NCBI GenBank assembly: GCA_030141605.1
Contig: JAQGDQ010000008.1
Coordinates: forward strand, 1,054,001 to 1,118,000
DNA length: 64,000 nucleotides
Source: Tubiluchus corallicola
Lineage: Eukaryota; Animalia; Priapulida
Direction: 5' to 3'
Shown: piece after piece, positions 1 through 14,500 of the stretch
Numbering within the stretch: position 1 is the stretch's first letter
Layout of the letters: every line of letters begins with the position of its first letter
Notes under the pieces: model-generated
Databases searched by the model: none
Told to the model about the DNA's origin: nothing
Seen by the model: the letters and a program-made list of their open reading frames with translations, nothing else
Translations under genes and position numbers: made by a program

Positions 1-371
1 AATGAATTGAAAAGTGAAAATAGTTCTTACTACTCAAAATGTGTTAAAAGAATAATGAGAGTTTATTGCACATAAGTTTAGGGCAACTTACTTATACTGT
101 TCTATATCGATTACTTGCTGTAATATAGCAATTAATTCTTAAGCCTGTTGTGGTTGTAAAATCATGCTTAAAGTCTGGAAATACGTGAAAATGGCCACCT
201 GAGAATTTTAATTAATCCTAATTTATGAAGTAGCGGTGCCACTGAGTTACTATTTCATTGCAGTGTAACCTTTTTCTTAAAATTATTTTGGCCATTTTCA
301 ACGTTTTTATTGAAGTATTGAACCCAGTCAAAATGATAAAAAATAATTGAATTTTTTTAAGCACTTCATAG

Positions 372-3300
372 GTTGGACAGACTGACATCGGGTCTTCTTT
401 TCATGGCACGAAACTGGGAGACCTCCGTACGTTTGATGGCGGAAATGGCCAACAGAGATGTGCAAAAAGAATACGTCTGTAGAGTAGTTGGTGTCTTTCC
501 TCAGTAAGTATTCTATTGAATTTATTTACAAACTTAGTTTTTTGCAAATTATGAAATGAATCCAAAGTTTCCTGGCTAAAATTCAAGCATCGTCCCAATT
601 TTTTCTCATTTTCTTAACTTTGGCTAAGTTTACTTACAAAAATTCAATAATTGTGGGTTCATTCTTTCGTTAGCCAGTAAGTATCTGCATAAGCATTAAA
701 CAATGAAAGCTGATTAAAATGATTCTAATTGTAACACATCAAGCAAGTACCAACTCTAAAATATCTATTAATTGCTGTGATACAAAATTTAATGTTACAA
801 TTAAACACTTGAAACCATTAACTCTTACTCGATTGGACTGATTTGTTTCGTATCTGGTTCATACTTGAGAAGTATATGTGTTTTACTAAGTAGCCATAGG
901 ACCACACTCTCTCTCCAGACTGCCAAAGATGATTAAACAGTTGTTTACAATGCTGGATTTAGTATAAATATTTTGATGAAATAAAAGTTTTAACTCTGTT
1001 TGTGATGAGAATTAACTACGTATTGCATGCCTGTACCTACACTTCATAGTGTATAATGTTATTTGCTACGTACATTTTCTGGCATAAATTCAGTTGCATT
1101 GAACTTAGACTTTTGAGCAGTGGACTTGCACCTGATCTGGGACTTCAAAGCCCCGACTTTTTGCCCTTGTGAGTCTTGCTATAGTTGAATAATAAACAAC
1201 TAATTCTACAAGTAAAATTCATGCAGATACCACACATCAGTAACAATAAAAAGTAGCATAGTGGAATGATGTATGATTTGTGTCCCTTGTTGTATGTAAT
1301 TGCTTGTGTGATGAATAATGTAAAACAGTGGTATTGATGATGCCTTTAAGCCTCATTTTAGGTCATCTTAACTCCTCATCATGAGCATTGATGAGCAGTT
1401 CTTCTTCCTTTTGTAGCAGTTCTAGCTTTTCATTTTGGATCTGTTAAAATGCATTTAAAGCTTTAAAGCATTTATCCCTTTAAAGCTTTCTTACATTAAT
1501 AAACTTTTCCATTTAAATTTAGGGATACTGTTGAAGTAAATCAGCCTATCGACGTAATTTCGCACAAGTTGGGCATATTCTGGGTAAAACCTACAGGAAA
1601 GGTGTCTAAAACAATTTTTGAAAGATTGAGTTGTAATGGAAAGACCAGTGTTGTTAAGTGTAAGTACTTAAAAGTATGTGGTTGTAAGTTCAAGTTTATT
1701 AATTTTTAATTACTACACATGGCATTCCCTTAGGAGTGTTTAATGTATAACTATGCAGCCCTGTATGGATGCTACAGTTTCAGTGTTTTACTGTTACAGT
1801 TTCAGAAACAGTGATGAAAGAATAAAAAAATGAAAATCGCCAATGTAACACCAGTGATCTTTCTAAAAATAGATAAATATAAGCTATATAAGCTAAAAAA
1901 ATGTTTCTGTTCTTCTATTTGTTTAAGCATTTCACACCAAAAGCACCAAAACTAATAAAAGCCAGAAATGAATATGTTGGATTGAGAGCAAGGATATCTG
2001 GCACTCTATGCTGCATGAACTTGAGTTGATGGAGCAGAATTAATGGAAGTCCAGTCACCGAATGTTAGCGTCATGCAGTGTCAGCTGGGAAAAGCCAGTC
2101 TGTGAAATTTCCTTAGCTAATACGCTTACAGAGAATTCTAGGACATGACATTTCACTTTCTTGTTTTTGTTTCTGTTAAACAGGTTATCCGCTTACTGGA
2201 AGGACACATCAGATTCGTGTTCACCTGCAATACCTGGGTTTTCCGATTGTGAATGATCCGCTCTACAATAATCCTGTCTGGGGCCCAAAGTTAGGAAAAG
2301 GTGGAGTATACGACAAAGACAAAGAACAGGTTTTTCTTTTGCCTTGTCTTAAGGCCTTTACTTGAGTCTTTAAAGAATAAGGCGAGTGCAATAGCTCAGT
2401 GGTCGCTTAGCGATGCACGTTAATTGGTGCTTGGCTTAGTAAGTAAGAGGTCCTTATTACTGCTTTGAGCAGTTTTCCCTAAATTTTGCATCACACTCTT
2501 TTATTGTATTTTGGTTTAACAAAAAGTTCTTTTTCATACTAATTCACTAATGTGATTGTATTGTTTGCACTAAACATATGCGAATAAATGGTAAATAAAT
2601 AAACAAATAATTATGCTCCAACTGGGTTTCTCAAAGAATTTGCTTTCATTTTACAGCTGATAGCGGATATGCTTGTCGTGTTTAATAGAGAAAACTTTAT
2701 GGATGAGTGCACTGATATTACACCAGACACTTGTGGTGTCAGTCAATGCTCTTTGGAGCCTAAATATGAAGAACCTGCAATTGACTTTACGAATCTGTCA
2801 GCTAAGCTTCCGGATTCCGCTGATGACAAGAAAAGTATGCAATTCGATTCCATGCAGCCAGCGACATCTACTCTATCAAATACAGAAGACATTCATTTGA
2901 ACTCCCACAATGAAGGCAATTCCATATCAAACAGTGAAAAACCAAATGCACCTTGTGACTCTGAATTAGCACTCAAAACATCAAACTGTTTTTTGGGAGC
3001 AAACGTGAATGATTCATTTGAAAACTTCATATCGGAAGCTCCAACAATAGAAACTGCCGAAGTATTAAGGGAAGCTGCTAAGAGACAACCGCAAGAGGTT
3101 GATAACCAGAAATTAAAACAAACATTTCTGCCGGACTGTCCAGAATGCAATGAGAAATATCGTGATCCCCAACCGCATGAACTGATCATGTATTTACACG
3201 CACTCAGTTACAAGGTAAGCCGTGTATATAGTAAATGCATAAATAAAACTTAGCATTTGCCCTGGCAAGTGTGGGTGCAATCCTAGACACGTATATAGCT

Positions 3301-4029
3301 CCCTTCTCTGGTCTGATAATATCTGTGGGAGTGAAACCATCGGTGGTGTGCATTTTACAGCTAAATTTCTCTTATAGTTTGAGGAGCCATTAATGAGTCA
3401 GACATTCAGGGTGCAAGACAACGAAATTTGTGGCTTGATTATATATATCTGCAAATTACAGCACATTACAAGTTAGCTGGCATATGGTTGAAAACTTTTC
3501 AGCCAAGATAAGCTATAAACGATTAGTATTGGAGGAGAAATTCAACTAATTAGGCAGATTTTTTCTCATGGCATTTGCCGTTCTTGCCAAATCCTAGTTA
3601 TGCTACTGAATATAATTGTTTCCAGACATTCTCTGCTCAGCAAGGCATCAAACCTGTGCCAAAATGCTTACAGTAGTAATGCCGTTCTTGCCAATCCCTA
3701 GTTGTGCTACTGAATAGAATTGTTTCCAGATATTCTCTGCTCAGCAAGGCATCAAACCTGTGCCAAAATGCTTACAGAAGTAACGCCACTGTGAATATAA
3801 TTCTTTAGAACAAAATGTCACTCTCATTGAAAACTCCTTCCTGTTTTTATAAAACCTTATTCTTTGTCTTTGTGATTAACAACTTTGGCCAACAGTAGCT
3901 TCAAAGTTTTATTCATCTATATTTACAGTGTGTTTATTTTAATAACACACATGTTTTTAGGGCAAAGGATGGGAGTACAGTAGCAAACTACCCACATGGG
4001 CATCTCCAGACTGGGAAGAACGAAGCTGA
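372..4029 (+). CDS. RPUSD2: RluA-family RNA pseudouridine synthase RPUSD2-like, 3' part (5' exons outside the window)
   Basis: GT-AG exons 372-503, 1523-1659, 2184-2329, 2657-3214 and 3961-4029 splice in frame. They give the catalytic (H)RLDRLTSG motif, [35 protein letters not shown], and a C-terminal [39 protein letters not shown] typical of RPUSD2. Confidence 0.9.
3576..3787. repeat. Tandem duplication, 2 x ~104 bp, in the last RPUSD2 intron
   Basis: tgccgttcttgccaa...aaatgcttacag occurs at 3576 and 3680 with few substitutions. Confidence 0.9.
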
Positions 4030-5928
4030 TAAATGATTCTGTGAAAAAGTTAGTATTGTACAATGCAAATCGAGATCACAAACCAGTCGCAAAATTAACA
4101 TAATAAATTTCTGCAACTAAATCTGAGAAAATTTTAGTTCTGCCATTCAAAGTATATATTTAGAAAGCATACAGTTAGAAAGTCTACATTTAAGTATGAC
4201 TCAAAAGCTAGTAATATCTTTGTACGACATCTTAAGCTAGATTCACATGCTGAGTTTATTAAAAATATCATACACTGTAGACTTAACATTCTTGTATGTC
4301 TGTAGACTTAACACACTGCAAGATTCACTCTTGGCTGTAAAAAGTCTGTGTAATGCAGGCATGGTCATATGAACTCTGCTTTATATTTTGCATGAGAATG
4401 AAGTGCTTGAGAGACAATGGAGCAGCTTAGCATGTAAATTAACATTCATTTTGGGGAAGGCAAATGGCTATAGTAGTGTCTGTTACAAAATACTATTCAC
4501 CACTAAATAAAACATAATCGGTCATACAAATTATTTTTTCTCCAATTTATTTGCTATGGGTCCGAAGTAGAAATAAATGTTATAATATGGATATAATTTT
4601 TAATGACAAGAATCTCAACTATCCATAAAAAATCCCATAATAAAGAAATGAAAAGACACGACTGTTTCAGACTAACATTCAGTTCACGGCTGAAGAGTGG
4701 GGTTATCTTCAAAAAGAACACACAAAAGATCACTAAATTCAATTTTTGCACTTATAATCATAACATAATGACTAATTATTAAATATACTGTATAGACATT
4801 GTTTTCTATGCGAAATATCTATATTAGTACGTTACATCATATATATATATATATATTTTGTGCTGTTTCTCTTTTTCTGTTGTGTATGATTCTGAGCTGA
4901 AAGAGTGATTGCATTATAAAAATTTCTCAAAAGTATTTTTTGAGATCTTTTGTGTTGTTTAACTACTTTTTCACCTTAAGAGGTTAAGATTATTAATTTT
5001 TCATTTCTTTGCTGTGGGACTTTTTATTAAAGAAATAAACATCCTTTCTCTGCTTACTTTGCTGCTAACATGCCAACTAATTGCTAATGACATCATGATT
5101 CCACTGTGTAGCAACAAGTTTTCTTCACATTCAGAAGTATCGCCAGAATTCGACTCACTGTGTATTAGGACTACTATTTAAAAACGTATGACACTACATA
5201 TCATTATTATAACCAATATCTAGTTCCAGGATTCTCACAGTTCTAGGAATAACAAACGTTAAAACTTCTGGTGTCACCGACTGACCTAAAGAATTCAATG
5301 AAATTTTTTCAATTTACTGAAATATCACAAGATCTAATAAAGGTCGCATAACTAATGTCAAGTGCACAGCTTCTGTATGAATAGAGAATGTTAAGGGAAG
5401 CAATAGCAAAGTTCGTTGAAAATACATTTTAAATGAAACAATGGTCAAAAAGGTTGGATTGTAAGGCAATAAGACAGAATATGTTTCAGTTAAACAGAAG
5501 AAGCCTTGTGTAAACACACATAAAAAATCACAAAGAAATTTGGCTTCTTAAACTATTGTTTACCATAAATTATTTACTGCATAACCAAGAAAACAACAGG
5601 CACATTGTAAGCATTATTAACAAACTCGACACGCTAATAAAAGAGCAATATGTACAATGAATTAATAAATATATTCCACTGAACCAATGTTATCACTTTA
5701 TACTGGACAACAGATAACAACTAGCTAATTCAATTTATAAGTTAAAACTTAAGTTTCCTACATAGAGTGGCAAAGTACTACTATTATTGACACAATAAAT
5801 ATCAAGTGTATTTATAAACTACTGTTCTATGTAGAGCAGGATGCATTATATTACATATTATAAGCGTTTGTATCAGGCCATTACAGAGAAGCTGAAAACG
5901 GTTCTGGGTACACTACTGACAAATTTTC

Positions 5929-6158
5929 AGAGGTGACATCAATCAGCATTAGTCATTAGAATGTTCATATGACTAGAGGTGACATCAATCGGCATTAGTC
6001 ATTAAAATGTTCATATTACTAGAGGTGACATCAATCGGCATTAGTCATTAAAATGTTCATATTACTAGAGGTGACATCAATCGGCATTAGTCATTAAAAT
6101 GTTCATATTACTAGAGGTGACATCAATCGGCATTAGTCATTAAAATGTTCATATTACT
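5929..6158. repeat. Minisatellite, 5 x 46 bp
   Basis: Unit agaggtgacatcaatcggcattagtcattaaaatgttcatattact starts at 5929, 5975, 6021, 6067 and 6113. Only the first copy is diverged. Confidence 0.95.
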
Positions 6159-6300
6159 ACACAATCTTGTTGATTTCTTCATGTTTTTTGGGTAGAAATA
6201 GAAATGAAAATAAAACCGTTATGCAATACAATGAGTATGTAAATATAGAATACACATCTCATATAACTAATATAACAAACCAATGTTGGAATTTGATTTT

Positions 6301-6378
6301 CTGTGAATTTAAATTTCAGCGCATACCAAAGCAGCAGATTTGCTGTGAATTTAAATTTCAATGCATACCAAAGCAGAA
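6301..6378. repeat. Tandem duplication, 2 x ~42 bp
   Basis: ctgtgaatttaaatttca..gcataccaaagcag occurs twice. Confidence 0.8.
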
Positions 6379-8523
6379 GTAAATGTTACTGTTACTGCTA
6401 CTGCCCTAAATAGCCACTGCCATTGTTAGAGAAAGAGAAAGCAACTTTGCACAAAGCAAGAGTTAAAAAGTATGTGGGAAAGCAAACGAGTACATCATCA
6501 GTCATTACACAAGAATAAAAAAACAAAAAAAATGTGATTTAGCAAAAACCTCCCATTTACAAAAATATACAGACATTTCATGGCGAATGCCACGCAAGAT
6601 ATACAAAAGTACGTTGTGAATGCGATAAAAATTTGGGCAGAATAACAGCATTTAATAGGTGGATAGATTTCATGAAATTACGACATTGGAATATAAAACT
6701 GGAACCTGCAAAATGTATCCGCAATTTTTTCCCAGCTTATAGCAGTGCAACTCAACCAGGTAGAAGCTCAGAGAAAGACTTCTCTGATATTTCAAAAATG
6801 TGCTTTCACTTAACGCACATCGTACAAAAACATAAAGACAAATCCTCGACTAACTATTTGTAGTGTGGCAGCTAAAATATATTTCTTAACATTCATGTAA
6901 ACCAAGGGTGACCACCAGATTTTCCTCAGACACGCCAGATAATTAGGTTTAATGTCGGAAATGTTGTCTGGAAATTGTAAGAGCAAATCAGTTGCTGATT
7001 TCATATTTTCATAACTTACAATTAATCAATCAAAACGTGGATAGGTGAAGCTAAATGTTCACTCAGCAAACTTTACATGATTGCTAAGTAAGGCAATTTG
7101 CTTTCTAAGTTTTTTTATAAATTTTGTTTGTTGTTTAACCTGATTGGCTTTTTCAGCAATGCACAGCAGAAGCTGTACATTGAGCATTGAAAACCATTGT
7201 TAAAGCTGCATTGTTGATTCAGAATGACTTTCATTACATATGCAAATTTAAAATGTATAGCTACATTCTGTAAAAACCAATTAATCCATTTAAAGCACCC
7301 AGGAAAAACCTCAAAATATAGTTTTTAAAGCATAATTTTTTGTTTCTTTGTGGTATTAAACTGCCAACCTAACATGTCTCATCACTAGATAGCAATTCTT
7401 TTTTATTATACTAAGCATCAAAACAGAAAACTCTAATAATTGTCACTGGCTCACTGCACTGCATTGCCTACCCACCACGAGTCCGGGACAACTTACCTCA
7501 ACACCCTCCCCTAACTGGCTATCCCAATGGTGTCAGGGAGAATCACTTTTCACAAGATGGCCACCCTATTTGACTATTTAATTACCCAAGAGCAATTTGA
7601 ATTCAAATCCAATCACAATAATTATACCAATATGAAAGGCAAGAAATCCTTTAACACTCTGTCTCTGCTTTCACAGAGATACCAAATTATGGCAAAATCA
7701 TGAGACCATCCCATCAATCAAAAATCAAAAGGTCGTAATGACACTCCAATAACTTTAACGGTCCCTCTGTGTTTCCCTAACACGAGCCCTAAAATTAGTT
7801 TAAGCATTATAAGCATCAGGGATAATCCCTTGTGTACACACTCTACACACCATCGCACAAAGTTTAGACGAAGAAGACAAATCATTGCTGGTATGCTTCT
7901 GCAAGCAAAAGTGAGGTTGATTTCTTATAAGTAATGATAAGTAAATACTTTGTAAAATGGAAAATTGATCACTCCCATTTTTAGTTTTGCCCAAACTTTT
8001 GTGTCCCTTTATTTAAATTTAACAATCCCATTATTGTAAAAAAATATTGCTTCCATAGTCACCATCTTCAATATCTAGCCATAGCTATACAAGTTACAAG
8101 TTTCCTTTGGATCAAGTCATAAAAAAGTGAAAAAGATACAGTCTGAGCTTGGAACTATTGGATGCTTAGCATAATTTACTGCTGTGACAGTGACCGGTCA
8201 CGTAAAAACTCTGAAATGCTTAAACACCTTTGTGTACACACCAGTCTTTCCAATGTGCAACAGATGGTGATAAGCAAAAAAGGGGAGATTCTGCCCAAAG
8301 TCCAGCAATAATAAACACGTGCATACATGATCTTCAAAAAAAACAACAGATAAATTGATTAAACAACTGAATTTGAACAATGATACATGCCCAGCTGATC
8401 AACTTTTCGTGCGGAAACCTTTCCAAAAGTTAAAGGCTCAGCGGCTTATTACTCAATTCCACACTTTGTACAGCCACAAAGAAGCTAAACTTAATGTGTT
8501 AACTAAAATATAATTTAACTAAA

Positions 8524-11500
8524 CTAACGGCCACCAGTTTTTGGAGATGAGGTCACCGAAACAGGTTTAGGACTGCGTTCCTTCAGCTTCTCGGGTTCTC
8601 CTGTCTTCGAGCCTTCTTTATCTGAAACATATAAAACATTGAATCAAATGGCAAATAATCCACAACAATAATATAATTTCACTGATGGCTTAAGTAAACT
8701 CATATCATTGCTTATGTAAAATTGCCAACAGTTTTTGTTTGTTATGCCTCAGCACATCATTCTTTAACAACAACCCAGTGGGATAGTAACTAAATGTACT
8801 TCCAGTCTACAGCAGTAACAGCAATGAGCATTCCTTAAAAAAAACTGAAACAAGAAGATATTGCAACTAGACAAACTGGATGTAAGTAAGCTAAGTGCAT
8901 GAATGATACACTTGTTAAATTCATTAAGTACATGTATAGTAAAAGTGCAATTGTAGACTTTCTAACTAAATTTTATAACAAATACCAGGTAAACTACCAG
9001 ATCCACTAAAACAGCAAAAATCATTCCACTTTACAAAATAAATCCAACAAATTACAGACGTGTCACTATTCTGAATACTTTCTCCAAGTTATTCAAAAAA
9101 AAACTATAAAAAATTATCTGGAACTGCAGGAGTAATGGCCAAACTCAGGTATCACGTTAATAAGAACATCTGTGTATTAGCGTATTCATTTATGAGTTAC
9201 TCTTGACTTGCTTGGGGTACAGCAGCTTTAAACACATTACAACCATTGAAAGTAAACCACAATCACGTCAATAAAATAACTGCCAATACCCCTTGCAGGA
9301 AACATGTAATGCAATAAAACAGTCGCCACTTAATAGACTCACGGTTAATAGACTCGATCGCTTAATTGACTCAAAAACGCCAGGAACGGGCTGTTTCTAT
9401 TCAAATATACATAAAAACTATCGGTAATTGACTGAAAATAACTTCGCTTAATTGACTCAATATTTTTCCTTCATGTAGTTGAAATAAGACATTTGTATGT
9501 GCCCAAACAGCTTTTCCTACTTTTATGTCATCATTACTTCCTTTTTGTGCACTATGTATACAGAAACAATCATGTTAAGTAACGTTTTGTTTGTAAGCAG
9601 GTACGTTTATCATGCGCAATACGCTACAGCAGCGGTTTTGCTTTGAATCTGTTACCCGCTCGCCCATTGTTACCCAAAGAATTCCTGGAAACTAAAATTT
9701 TAATCACTTGCCTAGTGATTTCATTTTAATGCTCTCGTTGCAAATCACCCTTTCATGCAGGTACAGTAATCAGCTGGTATTCCTTGTGACTTACAAGAGT
9801 AAAACATCGTACAACAAATAAGAGCAATGTACATGTAAGTGAGTAGACGACTGAGAACTGTTTTAGTCACGCACAAAACAGATTTTTATAATTACGAGAA
9901 TTTTGTGGGCCAACTTCTTCACGAGAAAATGAAGCAGCCGACTTTGAAGAAATTTTTGTAATTTTTGCCAATAAACAGACTTGTTTGTGATTTAGAAAAG
10001 TATACTTTTTAATTTATTGCTAATTCACTTATATAAATTAACATTTTAAAATATTTTTTCTAATTTTTAACTGCACAAAGAAATTTAGGCATTACTTCCT
10101 TTCTAAAATTCGTTAAAACCTTTGCAGTGCATAGTGAGCTGATGACTCAATACTTCTATACCTGTAATACTTACACCCATTGGTTAATAGATTCAATCGG
10201 TTAATTGGGTAAAAACACGTCAGTCCCAAAGTGATTCTATTAAGTGGCAACTACTGTATTAACATTTACTAGATATTTTAAAATTAAAAATATGTCTGTA
10301 AACTCGAGCTTGCAAAACTTATGCACAAATATAACTTCAATACTCTTCCTCTATCATTTACACATTACCCAAAACGTTATAATGTACATTTATACAGGAT
10401 TACAGCTGGTGTATCAGATGTTCATTTTCTACATAGGTTTATTTCCAAATTAGGTCAAATGTCATTACATTATCAAAGCACGTTAATCTGGAATAAACTA
10501 ACACGGACTTAAGAAAACTGTCTATAAATCACTTAAAAAAACATTAATTGTAAAGTCCTTGATTAACACCTAGAGAGTAGCAAAATAATATTGATTCTAT
10601 CAGTATTGGTTCTGTTTTCTTTTTTCTTTTTTTTTTGATTAGTAATTAGTATATTTATTATGCTTTTTTACTACATTCTGCATGAAATTTGATTCTTGTT
10701 GGCTTAAATAATTTTGATTTATTTTTATTTTCATTACTTGCATGTATTATTGCAATTCTGTTTTCATTTGTTTTTTTAAGTTGGTCTTATGTTTATTTGT
10801 TATGATTTTGTTTGCTTAAAATCTGTTCCAGTTATTTTTTGTTTTATAAAATATTCTTGCATCTATAACTTTTTTGATTTGGTATTATTATTTATCAATA
10901 CCAAGCGTCATTTCCAATTGTGACAAAAAACATGAAATGTATGTATTACATAACAGGCAAATCTATTTTTATTCTCGGCAAAGATGAGTAGTTAAATAAA
11001 TAAACGAACAAACTATAAATAAAAAACGTACCCGATTTCCCACCATTGCCTGGAGAACTAGGTGCCTTCTTGCTTAGTAAACTGTTGAAGAAATTTGCTA
11101 AAACGGTTTCACTCCCAGGACCAGAAACATCCTTAAAACATGTAAATATTACTTCATTATGAAAAAACAGAACTTTTTCATTACTGCCACTATTTTAAAT
11201 AAATAGAATTTATATTTCCTAGTGGTAAATTGTAATATTGTAAAAAGAAAATGTGTTGCTACTAAAGACCATCTATAGAAATGGAAGAAAGATTTTAACA
11301 CCTACATAATAATGGTCAGATAAGCAAGGAAATAATGCGTTGTGCCAATAATTGGTACAATTAATAAAAAAATCCTGCAATAAAAAAAATAGACACCAGT
11401 TTCAGTCCACTACTGCAAACTACCTTCAGTGAAACAGAAAAGCACAAAGAAAGATACAGTAGTCGCCGCTTAATAGACTCACGGATAATAGACTCATTCT

Positions 11501-14500
11501 CTTAATTGACTCAATATTTTTCCTTCACATACTTAAAATAAGACATTTGTATGTGCCCAAACGTCCTTTCCTACTTTTATGTCATCTTTACTACCCGTTT
11601 ATCATGCGCTAATATGCTAGTGTAGCGGTTTTGCTTTGAATCTGTTACCCGCTCATCCACTGCAATTAACCTCGTTACCCAAAGAATTTCTGGAAGCTAA
11701 ACATTTAATCACTTGCCTAACGGTTTCCTTTTGATGCTCTAGTTGCAAATCAAGCTTTCAGGCTTAATGAGTTAATAGTCAGAGATGCAGGTACAATAAT
11801 CAGCCAGTATTCCTTGTGACTTACAAGAGTAAAGATCATACAGCTAATAAGGGCATAAAGTTGAGAAGTTTGAAAAATGAAGCATAAGCATAAAGATCTA
11901 ACAGTTAAGGGGAAACTGAAAATTTTAGAGCAGTATGGTAAACTTCCGAAGATGGGGCAGAGGTGTGCAGCAGCGCAGTTGAAAATTTCCCAAAGTACTC
12001 TCGGTAGAATATTGAAAAAACGATCTGAAATTGAGCAGTCAGCAAGCCGAAATGAGATACTAGAATCGTTAAAAGTGTGGTTTATAAATGCAAGAGAAAA
12101 AGATGCTCGAGTGAACGCTCCTTTAATGTAACAGAAATCAGAAGAGTTGGCAAAGAAAATGGGAAAGGAAGATTTTATTGCCACAGACGGATGGTTTCAG
12201 CAATGGAGAAAGCATGAAAACATCGTGTACAAACGTACCCATAGTGAGGAAAAGGATGCTGATGTTCCAGCTGTTTTTTACTTTTTTGTTAATTCACTTA
12301 TATAAATTAATATTTTAAAATATTTTTTTCCTAATTTTTAACTGCACAAAGGAATTTAGGCATTACTTTGTTTCTAAAATTGATTAAAAGCCTTTGCAGT
12401 GCATAGTAAGCTGATGACTTATACTTCTATAGCAGTAATACTACACCCATCGGTTAATAAGGTCAAAACACATCGGTCCCAAACTGAGTCTATTAAGCAG
12501 CAACTACTGTATATAAACAACATTTTTTCGATTTTGGAATAACAAAACATCGACTAATTAACATAGTATCCACAGCAGGGAAAAAACATGGAAAACAAAA
12601 GAAAAAAAATATGATAACATAGTAACAGAAACACTAGTATGTGACAAATAAATTACAATTTCTAACATGTGGATCAAGGCACATATGCAGGAAACATAAC
12701 CAAACAACTTGTAGTGTGTTAGGCAGAAAAAGAAGAAATTCATCTCATTTTATTTTATGTTATTAATAGTGGTCCTGTGTAATGTAGCGAATGAAGTACA
12801 CGCAATACAACCAAAGATGAGCAAGAAAATACAGAATATTGCTACACACAGTTGAAATAGCCAAAATGAAAGCATATTTCAAGTGACTGTACACTAAGGA
12901 AAAGTTAATAAGAAAAAAAAACATAAATACATGCTCTGCCACAGGTCACTTACAAAAGCTGCTGATAAAAAGCAAACAAGCTTTAAATGCTCGAAAACTT
13001 TAAAATACCTTGATGGTGGCTCCAGGTTGTCCAGGTGATGGACGCGCTGGCCCTCGAACACCTACCGGTGACTTTGTCGCATTTTCCTAAATGACGTGCA
13101 CAATTTATAATTATACATCAGAGAAATACAATTCAGACATATGTGACTTGCAAAACACGTTTGCAATATAAACCAGGATTCACTGGCATGGCAATAGAAA
13201 TTTGCAGCAGCTCAACTACTGTACAGCAGCCATAAACTCAAAGATTCATGACTGATGTTGTTTTAATTATGAAACAAGTATTAACTAATTGCCAAAATTA
13301 TCATCAACATCCGTTTTACTGTACAATGATTCGCATAAGTATAAGAAAATCATTTACCACGGGTTTTGCTGAAGAAGTTGGAACTGAAGTGTTCAGCTGG
13401 GCTTGCAATTTTACCAAGAATGCTTGATCATCCTCTGCTTGCAAGTCAGCATCCTTTTGAACGGACTGTAAATAGGATCATTCAAAGATTTCCCATATTA
13501 CTCGTATTAATTTGCTGTGTCAATGATTGAAGTTCTTAATTTTTAATAAAATGATTTGCTTGCCTGAATTGTAATTCCAATTAATGCAACAAACAATAAA
13601 TGATCACAAATGAAGAATTAATTATATCTCTCCTCATGAAAAAAATCATCAGTTGCACAAAAATGTGCAGCTTAAAGGGTCAGCAACTTATGTTTCCTGA
13701 ATCATGTCAATAGATGTCAGCAGGCAACGCATGATCTACTATTACTGATGTCGTGCCATCTGCTGTTGTCAGCTTATTTAACCTAAGCTTTGTCTGCTTT
13801 TAAATAAGAAAATTGTATACGTTTTAGACACAGTGCATAATCAATTATAAATTTAATTCAATTAGTAAATTTTCCCTGAATACACCGAACAATGCACTTA
13901 CCCTTCTAGGAAAAGGTTTAGGTATGACATCAGAATATCGGTCATCGGGTTTCACTTTGTTAAAATTTTCATACAAAATACTGATTTTTTTCTCGTTGTC
14001 CCATCCTGATGGACTAAAAAAAGTAAAATTCAAAGTCAACAAAACAACAATAATGATTTTTTTTGGTAATTTGAAAATAAATGCTCCAATGTAACAGTTT
14101 CTTAATTTGAATTTCTATTCCCATAGACAGCACAGCATAACTATAGTGAGCACAAATGTAAAATAAATATACAGTGGTGACATCTATGGATCAATTTTTG
14201 AAAACAACAAAAAACCTGAACTTAAAAGACTCACCTAAAGTGGTGCTATCCAGACATCAATTTATTGAAAGCAAACTTAAAGACTTACAGACGTGGTGCA
14301 AACTAGAAGTCAATTTGGGAATCAAAAAGAAGGCACTACACTTAAATATCATACTTACATAAAAATGGAATCACGCTCAACTACGTAGGCTGGTGTATTA
14401 AAATGGAAGCCGTATAACCTGTGGACTAGATATTTATACAACAGATCACAATTCTTATCATCCTTTACGGATGTGTAGAACAGGGCAGCGCCGACTGAAA

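Noticed and set aside
2381-2480. tRNA gene (tagctcagtggt A box)
   Set aside because: There is no B box or cloverleaf. At most it is a decayed SINE head.
2669-3253. Standalone 194-aa protein
   Set aside because: It is RPUSD2 exon 2657-3214 read through into the intron.
5929-6158. CRISPR-like array
   Set aside because: The units are head-to-tail with no unique spacers, there are no cas genes, and the context is eukaryotic. It is a minisatellite.
11750-12184. 144-aa - strand ORF
   Set aside because: It is antisense to the Tigger transposase remnant and has no recognisable domain.
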